DNA of 33,293 bases from Candidatus Velthaea sp. Its GTDB lineage: Bacteria > Vulcanimicrobiota > Vulcanimicrobiia > Vulcanimicrobiales > Vulcanimicrobiaceae. The stretch spans positions 1 to 33,293 of the forward strand of contig JBEKHC010000056.1 in the NCBI GenBank assembly GCA_050012475.1. Direction: 5' to 3'. This document shows, one piece after another, positions 8,946-16,700 of the stretch (position 1 is the first letter of the stretch; every line of letters begins with the position of its first letter). Under the pieces are notes generated by a model. That model searched no databases. It was not told the DNA's origin and saw only the letters and a list, made by a program, of their open reading frames with translations. The position numbers were made by a program, and so were the translations under genes.

Positions 8946-10076
8946 CTACGAGGCGAACTCGATCACCTGGCGGACGGCTTTGGCTTCGTGCAGCAGGTCG
9001 AAGGCCTCGTTGATGTCATCGATTTTCAGCTTGGCGCTCATGAGTCGATCCACCGGCAGGCGCCCTGCGCGATAGAGTGCGATGTACCGCGGGATATCGC
9101 GCGTCGGCACGCAGGTGCCGATGTAGCTGCCCTTGAGCGTCCGTTCCTCCGCGACGAGCTGGACGAGCGGCACGGCCAACGTGGCAGCCGGCGGCGGCAA
9201 CCCGGCGGTAATCGTCGTGCCGCCGCGGCGTGTGATTTTCCAGGCCAGTTCCATCGCGCGTGCCGAACCGGCCATCTCGAACGCGAAGTCGACGCCGCCG
9301 CCGCTGACTTTTTTCACTTGTTCCGCCGCGTCGGGGTCGCGCGCATTCACCGTGTGGCTGGCCCCGAGTTCCCGTGCAAGGCGAAGCTTGTCGTCCGAAA
9401 GGTCGATGGCGACCACTTGCGGCGCACCGCACGCGATCGCGCCAAGGACGGAAGCAAGTCCGACGCCGCCGAGACCGATGACGGCCGCCGACTGGCCGGG
9501 CCGAAGCTGGCCCGTGTTCACCACGGCACCCACCCCAGTCAAGACCGCGCAGCCGAAGAGCGCCGCTTCGTCCAGGGGCAAATCCTTATCGACCTTGACC
9601 ACCGACCGGCGCGACACCACGGCGAACTCGGCGAAGCCCGATACGCCTAGATGGTGGTTCACGTCCGTCCCGTCACGGTGCAGCCGGCGGAAACCGGACA
9701 GCAGCGTGCCGGCGCCGTTGGCGGCGGCACCCGGTTCGCACAACGCGGGCCGGCCTTCGGCACACGGCAGGCACTGCCCGCAGCTCGGCATGAACACCAT
9801 GACGACATGATCGCCGACAGCCAAATCGGTGACGTCCTCGCCCAACGATTCCACGATACCCGCGGACTCGTGTCCCAGCGCCATCGGCATCGGCCGCGGC
9901 CGCACACCATTGATCACGGACAAGTCGGAGTGGCACAGGCCGGCGGCGACGATCCTGACCAGCAGTTCCCCGCGGCCGGGCGGATCGAGATCGATCGTTT
10001 GAATGTGCAGCGGCGTGCTGGCGGCATAGGGCGGTTCGGCGTCCATGCGATCGAGGACGGCTGCTCGTATTTTCAT
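8946..10076 (-). CDS. Zinc-dependent alcohol dehydrogenase (MDR, class III/liver-ADH-like)
   Basis: GLCHSD, LGHE, structural-Zn CGQCLPCAEGRPALC, LFGCAVLTG, GLGGVG; acidic residue in AIDLS suggests NAD preference. Confidence 0.95.
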   Translation of the reverse strand: MKIRAAVLDRMDAEPPYAASTPLHIQTIDLDPPGRGELLVRIVAAGLCHSDLSVINGVRPRPMPMALGHESAGIVESLGEDVTDLAVGDHVVMVFMPSCGQCLPCAEGRPALCEPGAAANGAGTLLSGFRRLHRDGTDVNHHLGVSGFAEFAVVSRRSVVKVDKDLPLDEAALFGCAVLTGVGAVVNTGQLRPGQSAAVIGLGGVGLASVLGAIACGAPQVVAIDLSDDKLRLARELGASHTVNARDPDAAEQVKKVSGGGVDFAFEMAGSARAMELAWKITRRGGTTITAGLPPPAATLAVPLVQLVAEERTLKGSYIGTCVPTRDIPRYIALYRAGRLPVDRLMSAKLKIDDINEAFDLLHEAKAVRQVIEFAS

Positions 10077-10089
10077 ACTTCAATCTCTC

Positions 10090-11742
10090 CTATGCAAGCG
10101 CCGACGCGTCCATACGCGAGCGCAATTCATTCACCAGCACGCGCGTATTTTCGCTGTAATCGATCGGCACCGCGACCAGGTGCACGCCGCCGCCTTTGAA
10201 CGCGGCTTCCAGCGCAGGGATGAAATCCTCGGTCGCGCCGACGCGGGTGCCTTTGGCGCCGTAGCTCTCGGCATACTTGACGAAGTCCGGGTTGGCGAAG
10301 GTCAGACCGAAATCCGGGAAGTTGTCCACCGCCTGTTTCCAGCGAATCATGCCGTAGGCGCTGTCGTCGAGAATGAGCACCACGAGGTTCAGCTTCAGCC
10401 GAACTGCCGTCTCGATCTCCTGACTGTTCATCATGAAACCGCCGTCGCCGCACACGGCCATCACCCGCCGATCCGGGTGAATCATCGCCGCCATCATCGC
10501 CGACGGCAGTCCGGCGCCCATCGTCGCCAGCGCATTGTCGAGCAAAAGCGTATTGGCGGTGTGGGTGCGATAGTTCCGGGCGAACCAAATCTTGTACATG
10601 CCGTTGTCGAGCGCTACGATCCCGTCTTCGGGAATCACTTGACGTACATCGTGCACGATGCGCTGCGGCGTCGGCGGCCAGCGGTCCTCGGTGTTGCGAT
10701 CGGCGATCCGGCTCAGGATGCCTTGGCGCAGCGGCAGCAACGCGCCGGCATTGTGGAGCCGCCCTTCGAGCCGATCGGCCAGCAGTTCCAGACTGAGACT
10801 GACATCGCCCACGACCTCGGCATGCGGGAAGTAGACTTGATCGACGGTGGCCGGCGTATAGCTGACGTGGATGACGTGCGGACCGTCCGGACCCATGATG
10901 AACGGCGGCTTCTCGATGGTGTCGTGACCGATGGCGATGATGAGATCCGCGGCGTCCACCGCTTCGTGCACGTAGTCGCGCTCGGACAGCGCGGCCGTGC
11001 CCATGTAAAGGTGCGCGCCGCTGGCGACCGTGCCTTTCCCCATCTGGGTCGTGAAGAACGGAATTTGCATCCGGCGCACAAAGCCCGCGAGCCCGGACGT
11101 GGAACGCGGGCGCGATGTTGCGGCGCCAAGCATGATCAGCGGGCGCTTTGCCTCCAGAATCATGTCGGCCGCACGGTTGAGCGCGTCGCGGTGCGCGACG
11201 GGCGTTTCGATCGGGTGAGCCCGAATCGGCTGCACGTCCGGAGCGGCCTCACGGGCGACGTCTTCGGGCAACTCCAGTAAGACCGGACCGGGGCGTTCTT
11301 GCATGGCGATGCGGAACGCGTCGCGCACGACCGCCGGAACGCTGGGGGCACTGGCGATTTGGCGCGACAGTTTGGTCAGCGGCTTGAACGCGCTCACCAC
11401 ATCGACGAGTTGGAACCGCGCCTGGCGGCTGGTATGGATCGCCTTCTGCCCGGTGATCATCACCATCGGCATGGCGCCCAGCAGGGCGTACGCAGCGCCC
11501 GTGGTGAGATTCAGCGCGCCCGGGCCAAGCGTAGTCAGGCACACGCCCGGCCTTCCGGTGAGCCGGCCGAAGGTCGCGGCCATGAACGCCGCCGCCTGCT
11601 CGTGCCGGGTCACGATCAATTTGATGGAGGAGCCGCGCAGGCTCTCGACCACGTCGAGGTTCTCTTCGCCGGGGATTCCGAAGATGCTGTCGACACCCTC
11701 GTTTTCGAGCGCCGCGACGAGAAGGTCGGATCCTTTTGGCAT
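10090..11742 (-). CDS. ThDP-dependent enzyme, acetolactate-synthase-large-subunit-like (GEENL type; candidate 2-oxoacid/2-oxoglutarate decarboxylase)
   Basis: IFGIPGEENL, RHEQAAAFMA, LGPGALN, GPVLLELPEDV, GDGGFMMNSQE ThDP motif; RBS AAGGAAG before MPKGSD; no regulatory small subunit adjacent. Confidence 0.9.
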   Translation of the reverse strand: MPKGSDLLVAALENEGVDSIFGIPGEENLDVVESLRGSSIKLIVTRHEQAAAFMAATFGRLTGRPGVCLTTLGPGALNLTTGAAYALLGAMPMVMITGQKAIHTSRQARFQLVDVVSAFKPLTKLSRQIASAPSVPAVVRDAFRIAMQERPGPVLLELPEDVAREAAPDVQPIRAHPIETPVAHRDALNRAADMILEAKRPLIMLGAATSRPRSTSGLAGFVRRMQIPFFTTQMGKGTVASGAHLYMGTAALSERDYVHEAVDAADLIIAIGHDTIEKPPFIMGPDGPHVIHVSYTPATVDQVYFPHAEVVGDVSLSLELLADRLEGRLHNAGALLPLRQGILSRIADRNTEDRWPPTPQRIVHDVRQVIPEDGIVALDNGMYKIWFARNYRTHTANTLLLDNALATMGAGLPSAMMAAMIHPDRRVMAVCGDGGFMMNSQEIETAVRLKLNLVVLILDDSAYGMIRWKQAVDNFPDFGLTFANPDFVKYAESYGAKGTRVGATEDFIPALEAAFKGGGVHLVAVPIDYSENTRVLVNELRSRMDASALA

Positions 11743-12120
11743 GTGTCTTCCTTTTTCAAACGCCTGGGCGCTACGCCGCGTGGGGCATCCTCGAATCGCC
11801 GATCGGCCTCGTTCTGGCGCGCCGTGCGCCGCTTCCCGAACGCTCAAACATTGGTTGTGAGATTAGCACCAAACCTGCTCCGCTGCGAGCCGCCGATGCA
11901 AGAACTTTCTTACTGTCAGCGGCCGATCCTTACCACTCCCTACTTGATGCCAGCGCAAGGACAGCCGAGAGGGTGCGCGTCGATTTCGTTCGCTACGCAA
12001 GCCCGCGCGGCGCATCAAGCAGACGGCCCAGCCGCGCTCTCGGCGCGCGGGGAAGGCCTGCGCTCAGCGTGCTTCGCGATTCGCCGTGCGCCGCTCTCAG
12101 CTTTCCAAAGATACCAATTG

Positions 12121-12136
12121 AACTATCCGGATAGTT
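12121..12136. promoter_or_regulatory. Perfect 16-bp palindrome, candidate repressor operator in the divergent region
   Basis: AACTATCCGGATAGTT; overlaps a minus-strand TTGACG(12143-12148)-17 bp-TAGTTC promoter-like arrangement (weak -10). Confidence 0.65.
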
Positions 12137-12441
12137 TAACTTCGTCAATTTAGTACCGGAGCGCACACTCCTTCGGTGACGCGGGCTACACTCTTGAAAC
12201 CCGAGAGGCCGTCCCCTGAAGTACCACGCGCTGGAAATCCCGTTCCGCACGAGCAAAAGCTCGCCCGTTCAGCACCCGACCAGCGCCTATCACCGCGCCG
12301 GACGCTTCGAGTCGAACGCCATATGTCGACTAGGCGCGATCGTTCGCGGCCGGCTTTCCGCACGTTCACCAGCTCTTCGCCGGGTCTCCACATTCCCGGC
12401 CTACGCTATATGCGTATAAATTTAGCTCAAGGGGATTCTAC

Positions 12442-14013
12442 GTGGCACTCAAGACGCCGGAACAGTACGAAGAAAGTCTGCGCAAACTCAACTTCAAGCT
12501 CTATCTGCAGGGTGAATTAGTGGGCAATCCGGTCGATCACCCGATGATCCGGCCGTCGATGAACTCCGTCAAAGCGACCTACGAACTGGCTGGGGATCCG
12601 CAGTACGAAACGCTGATGACGGCCACGTCGCACCTCACGGGTAAAAAAATCAACCGCTTCACACACCTGCACCAAAGCACGCAAGATTTGGTGAACAAGG
12701 TAAAGATGCAGCGGCTGCTCGGTCAGAAGACCGGCTCTTGCTTCCAGCGCTGCGTCGGCATGGACGCCTGCAATGCGCTCGACACCACCACCTTTGAGAT
12801 GGATCAGAAACTGGGGACCGACTATCACAAGCGCTTCGAGGCGTTTTTGTTGAAGGTCCAGGAAGAAGATCTGGTGGTCGACGGGGCGATGACCGACGTC
12901 AAAGGCGATCGCTCCTTGGCGCCGAGCAAACAGGCCGATCCCGACATGTTCCTGCGGATCGTTGAAAAGCGGGCCGACGGGATCGTCGTTCGCGGCGCAA
13001 AAGCTCACCAGACCGGAGCGCTCAATGCCCACCAGATCGTCGTGATGCCGACGATCGCGATGGGACCCGAAGACGCCGACTACGCCGTCGCATTCTGCAT
13101 CCCGGCCGACACGGAAGGCATCGTGTACATTTACGGCCGCCAGTCATGCGACACGCGCAAACTCGAGGGCGGCGACATCGACGTCGGAAACAAGAACTTC
13201 GGCGGCCACGAAGCGCTCATGATCTTCGAAGACGTCTTCATTCCGACGGCCAACGTGTTCATGTGCGGTGAAATCGAGTTCACCGGGATGCTCGTCGAGC
13301 GCTTCGCCGGCTATCACCGTCAGAGCTACGGCGGCTGCAAGTCCGGCGTCGGCGACGTGCTGATCGGCGCGGCCGCCTTGGCGGCAGACTATAACGGTGC
13401 GTCCAAAGCGTCGCACATCAAAGACAAGCTCATCGAGATGACCCATCTCAACGAGACGCTCTATGGTTGCGGGATCGCGTGCTCGGCGGAAGGCACGAAG
13501 ATGGCGTCCGGCACGTATCAGATCGATCTGCTGCTGGCAAACGTGTGCAAACAGAACGTCACGCGTTTCCCGTACGAGATCGCCCGCTTAGCCGAAGACA
13601 TCGCCGGGGGCGTCATGGTCACGATGCCGTCCGAGAAGGACTTGCAAAATCCGCAAACGGCAAAATACGTCAAGAAATATCTGCGCGGCGTGGCGTCGGT
13701 GCCGACCGAGACTCGGATGCGCGTGCTGCGTCTGATCGAGAACATCACGCTGGGATCCTCGGCCGTCGGCTACCGGACCGAGTCCATGCACGGCGCCGGT
13801 TCCCCGCAAGCGCAGCGAATCATGATCGCGCGCCAGGGCAACCTCGCGAAGAAAAAAGCACTCGCCCGGGTCATCGCTTGCATCCCCGATCCGGAGCGCA
13901 CCACGCCGCCGCCGGCCACCAACGGCAGCGCCAAGAACGGCACCGCCGCGAACGGCAGCGCAAAGAACGGCAGCGCGAAGGCTGACGCACAGAAGGCAAC
14001 CGTCGCGAAGTAA
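12442..14013 (+). CDS. abfD: 4-hydroxybutyryl-CoA dehydratase / vinylacetyl-CoA delta-isomerase ([4Fe-4S], FAD)
   Basis: CFQRCVGMDA and YHRQSYGGCK supply the 3 Cys + His cluster ligands; AMTDVKGDR, GAKAHQTG, ESMHGAGSPQAQR; GTG start with AAGGGG RBS. Confidence 0.95.
   Translation: MALKTPEQYEESLRKLNFKLYLQGELVGNPVDHPMIRPSMNSVKATYELAGDPQYETLMTATSHLTGKKINRFTHLHQSTQDLVNKVKMQRLLGQKTGSCFQRCVGMDACNALDTTTFEMDQKLGTDYHKRFEAFLLKVQEEDLVVDGAMTDVKGDRSLAPSKQADPDMFLRIVEKRADGIVVRGAKAHQTGALNAHQIVVMPTIAMGPEDADYAVAFCIPADTEGIVYIYGRQSCDTRKLEGGDIDVGNKNFGGHEALMIFEDVFIPTANVFMCGEIEFTGMLVERFAGYHRQSYGGCKSGVGDVLIGAAALAADYNGASKASHIKDKLIEMTHLNETLYGCGIACSAEGTKMASGTYQIDLLLANVCKQNVTRFPYEIARLAEDIAGGVMVTMPSEKDLQNPQTAKYVKKYLRGVASVPTETRMRVLRLIENITLGSSAVGYRTESMHGAGSPQAQRIMIARQGNLAKKKALARVIACIPDPERTTPPPATNGSAKNGTAANGSAKNGSAKADAQKATVAK
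13921..13980 (+). repeat. Four in-frame 15-bp tandem repeats (NGSAK/NGTAA/NGSAK/NGSAK) in the AbfD C-terminal tail
   Basis: AACGGCAGCGCCAAG AACGGCACCGCCGCG AACGGCAGCGCAAAG AACGGCAGCGCGAAG. Confidence 0.85.
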
Positions 14014-14032
14014 GTTGGGCGCGAGCCGACCC

Positions 14033-14068
14033 AAGGCGGCCGGGGCACTGCTCCGGCCGCCTTCGTTT
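14033..14068 (+). terminator. Probable intrinsic terminator after abfD
   Basis: AAGGCGGCCGGGGC-ACT-GCTCCGGCCGCCTT 14-bp stem (one G-U) followed by CGTTT. Confidence 0.65.
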
Positions 14069-14391
14069 GCGGCAGCCCGCGGACCCGAGTTCGGCCAACA
14101 GTCACGTTTTGCGGCTCCGCCGCACGATCCGGCCCAAGCCTTCATCGTGTCGCCCCAACGTGTGGTGCGGAATCGACTCGATGCAGCCGCCGGCGCCTCG
14201 GGCAGCGGCCGTCGACGCATCCTCCGATAGACGCCAGCGAAGGACGTTCTTGCAGAAGGGAGGCTCCGCAAGACCGGAAAGGGTAGCTTAAGGCAAGCGC
14301 GTTCGAAGCCTGATGACGCTGCATGTCATAGCTATTTTTCCACTGTAACGGAGTCGGAAAGCGTTGTCTTTTCGCTCGATCTCGTCGGAGA

Positions 14392-15690
14392 GTGAGTAGC
14401 CGCATCGTGAATGACTGGAGATCCGCGCATAAGAGCAAGCTGGTGTCGGCAGAGACCGCGCTCGAGAGCGTGAAATCCGGAAACCGCGTCGTGATCGCGC
14501 ACGCGTGCGGCGAACCCCCGACGCTCGTCGAGGCCCTCGTCGCGCGGGCGCCTGAACTCCGCGACGTCGAAGTCGTGCACATGGTGACGATGGGGCCGTC
14601 GAAATATGCCCAACCCGGAATGGAACAGAGTTTTCGCCACAATACGCTCTTCGTGGGCGCGACGACACGCAAGGCGATACACGAGGGCAGAGCCGATTTC
14701 ACCCCGTGTTATTTCTCGCAAGTCCCGCGGCTGTTCAGGCAAAACTATTTGCCGGTCGACGTGCTGCTGTTTCAAGTGACGCCGCCCGATGCAGACGGAT
14801 TCTGCAGTTTTGGCGTTTCGGCCGATTACACGCAACCGGCTGCCGAGTGCGCCCGCATCGTGATCGCCCAAATGAACCGCTTCTTGCCGCGCACGTTCGG
14901 CGCGAAGATCTCGCTCGACGCGTTGACGTACATCGTCGAGAAGGATGAGCCGATTATCGAGTTGCAGCCGCCCAAGATCGGAGATGTCGAGCGCCGAATC
15001 GGCGAGAACGTTGCCGCCCTCGTTCCCGACGGCGCGACGCTGCAGCTCGGCATCGGCGCCATCCCCGACGCGGTCCTCACGTTTCTGACCCATAAAAAAG
15101 ATCTAGGAATACATTCCGAAATGTTTTCCGACGGAGTCGTCGCCTTGGCCCAAGCCGGTGTGATCAACAACCGCCGCAAGACGATCCACACCGGGAAGTT
15201 CACGGCGACCTTCTTGATGGGCACGCGCAAGCTGTACGATTTCGTGCACGACAATCCGGATGTCGAGTTGTTCCCGGTGGACTACGTGAATAACCCGTAC
15301 GTGGTCGGTCAGTACGAGAACATGGTGGCGATCAATTCGGCACTCCAGGTCGATCTGACGGGCCAAGTGAACGCCGAAGCGATCGGCTTCATGCAGTACA
15401 GCGCTGTGGGCGGCCAAGTGGACTTCGAACGCGGCGCCAGCCGATCCCCCGGAGGGAAATCGGTCATCGCCCTGCCGTCAACCGCGGCCGGCGGAAAGAT
15501 CTCACGTATTTGCCGGCAGTTGGACGAGGGGGCGCCCGTCTCGACTTCCCGTTACGATATCCATTTCGTCGCGACGGAGTACGGCGTCGCGGACTTGCGA
15601 GGCAAAACGCTGCGCCAGCGTGCCGATGCCCTCATTGCGATCAGTCACCCGGACTTTCGCGATATGCTGCGGGCACCGCGTCCGACCTGA
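14392..15690 (+). CDS. cat2: 4-hydroxybutyrate CoA-transferase (acetyl-CoA hydrolase/transferase family, Cat2/AbfT-like); start may be GTG14407
   Basis: VVIAHACGEPP, TLQLGIGAIPDAV, GIHSEM (catalytic Glu), TFLMGT, GGQVDF, TEYGVADLRGK; adjacent to abfD. Confidence 0.85.
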   Translation: MSSRIVNDWRSAHKSKLVSAETALESVKSGNRVVIAHACGEPPTLVEALVARAPELRDVEVVHMVTMGPSKYAQPGMEQSFRHNTLFVGATTRKAIHEGRADFTPCYFSQVPRLFRQNYLPVDVLLFQVTPPDADGFCSFGVSADYTQPAAECARIVIAQMNRFLPRTFGAKISLDALTYIVEKDEPIIELQPPKIGDVERRIGENVAALVPDGATLQLGIGAIPDAVLTFLTHKKDLGIHSEMFSDGVVALAQAGVINNRRKTIHTGKFTATFLMGTRKLYDFVHDNPDVELFPVDYVNNPYVVGQYENMVAINSALQVDLTGQVNAEAIGFMQYSAVGGQVDFERGASRSPGGKSVIALPSTAAGGKISRICRQLDEGAPVSTSRYDIHFVATEYGVADLRGKTLRQRADALIAISHPDFRDMLRAPRPT

Positions 15691-15702
15691 CCGGCGACAG
15701 GC

Positions 15703-16491
15703 TCAGTAGAGTCCCGGGGTCCCGCCGCCATCCACTGCAATCGCGGTTCCCTGAATATGCCGAGCGCGATCGTCGGCCAGGAAAAGGGCCAGCTCCGCAA
15801 CATCTTCGGGCTTGCCCAGACGACGAATGCCATCTTTCGCGATCGCATCACGGCGTGCTTGCTCCGGCGTTATGCCCATCGCCGTAGCACGCTGCTCAAA
15901 CAGCGTCTGGACCCGTTCGGTCTCCGTCAGTCCCGGCAATATGGCATTGACGTTCACGTCGTCGCGCTTGCCGAGGCCGGATAAACCCTTCGTAAAGTTT
16001 GCCATTGCGGCGTTCACCGAACCGCCGACGAGGAACTCGGGATCGGGCGTCCGCGCAGCGCCGCCGATGATGTTGATGACGGCACCATGTGAGGTTCGCA
16101 GCAGTGGCCAAAACAGCCGGCAAAGCCGCACGCACGAATAAAACTTTAGCGCGAATCCGTCCTGCCATTCTTCGTCCGGCTGGGCAAGGAAGGCGCCGGC
16201 TCGCGTCGCACCCGCGGAGTTCACGAGCACGTCGCATCGGCCAAAACGTTCGCTTACGACGCGATAGACATTGTCACAGCCAGCGAGCGTTCTTAGGTCC
16301 GCGCTGACGGTGATCGGCGTGGGTGCGCCTGTCGCTTCGATCCGGCGCCCGGCATCGGCAAGCCTCGCCTCCGATGAAGCGGCGATGACCGTTTGCGCAC
16401 AGGCTCGCGCAAAGGCCCGCGCGATCGCAAGACCGATGCCGCGGCTCGCGCCGCTCACGACCACGATTTTCCCCTCGAACGAACTTGTCAT
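15703..16491 (-). CDS. Atypical short-chain dehydrogenase/reductase (no YxxxK)
   Basis: SGASRGIG, LVNSAG, VNAILPG, RLGKPEDVA, AVDGG; catalytic region reads FLVGGSVNAA. Start uncertain (ORF open to 16524). Confidence 0.88.
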   Translation of the reverse strand: MTSSFEGKIVVVSGASRGIGLAIARAFARACAQTVIAASSEARLADAGRRIEATGAPTPITVSADLRTLAGCDNVYRVVSERFGRCDVLVNSAGATRAGAFLAQPDEEWQDGFALKFYSCVRLCRLFWPLLRTSHGAVINIIGGAARTPDPEFLVGGSVNAAMANFTKGLSGLGKRDDVNVNAILPGLTETERVQTLFEQRATAMGITPEQARRDAIAKDGIRRLGKPEDVAELALFLADDRARHIQGTAIAVDGGGTPGLY

Positions 16492-16643
16492 CTCCAGGCG
16501 AGTATTTTTCGAGGGAGAGAACAATCACTGCACGCCGGGCCACGACTCCGTCGCGGTGCACCCTTGCGTCTCGCGTTCCGATCGCGCGCATGATTCTGCC
16601 GCCCCGAAAACGAGACGGCAGCATCGATGAGCGCAGGATGAGC

Positions 16644-16700
16644 CTAGGGATGCGCTGATTTCGTCCTGGCGAGGAGCATAGCGGCGAAGCGCATCCCTAG
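16644..16700. mobile_element. 57-bp MITE-like element C with perfect 13-bp terminal inverted repeats
   Basis: CTAGGGATGCGCT...AGCGCATCCCTAG; internal 35 bp (16655-16689) is 34/35 identical to 23821-23855; right CTAG contains the porin TAG stop. Confidence 0.7.

Noticed and set aside
10090..11742. Calling the ThDP enzyme biosynthetic ilvB
   Set aside because: No ilvN/ilvH, ilvC or ilvD nearby; GEENL-type sequence in a catabolic context.
11851..11872. Rex/CRP-like box TTGTGAGATTAGCACCAA
   Set aside because: Only the left half-site matches the consensus.
12442..14013. abfD as a marker of autotrophic 3HP/4HB or DC/4HB carbon fixation
   Set aside because: No carboxylase, mutase or succinyl-CoA reductase in the window; pairing with Cat2 fits the bacterial fermentative/catabolic type. 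An HpaB monooxygenase call is also rejected because the Fe-S ligands are present.
14290..14360. Hammerhead ribozyme or fluoride riboswitch (contains CTGATGAC)
   Set aside because: No stem II followed by GAAA for a hammerhead; lacks the GGCGAUG/P1 element of the crcB motif.
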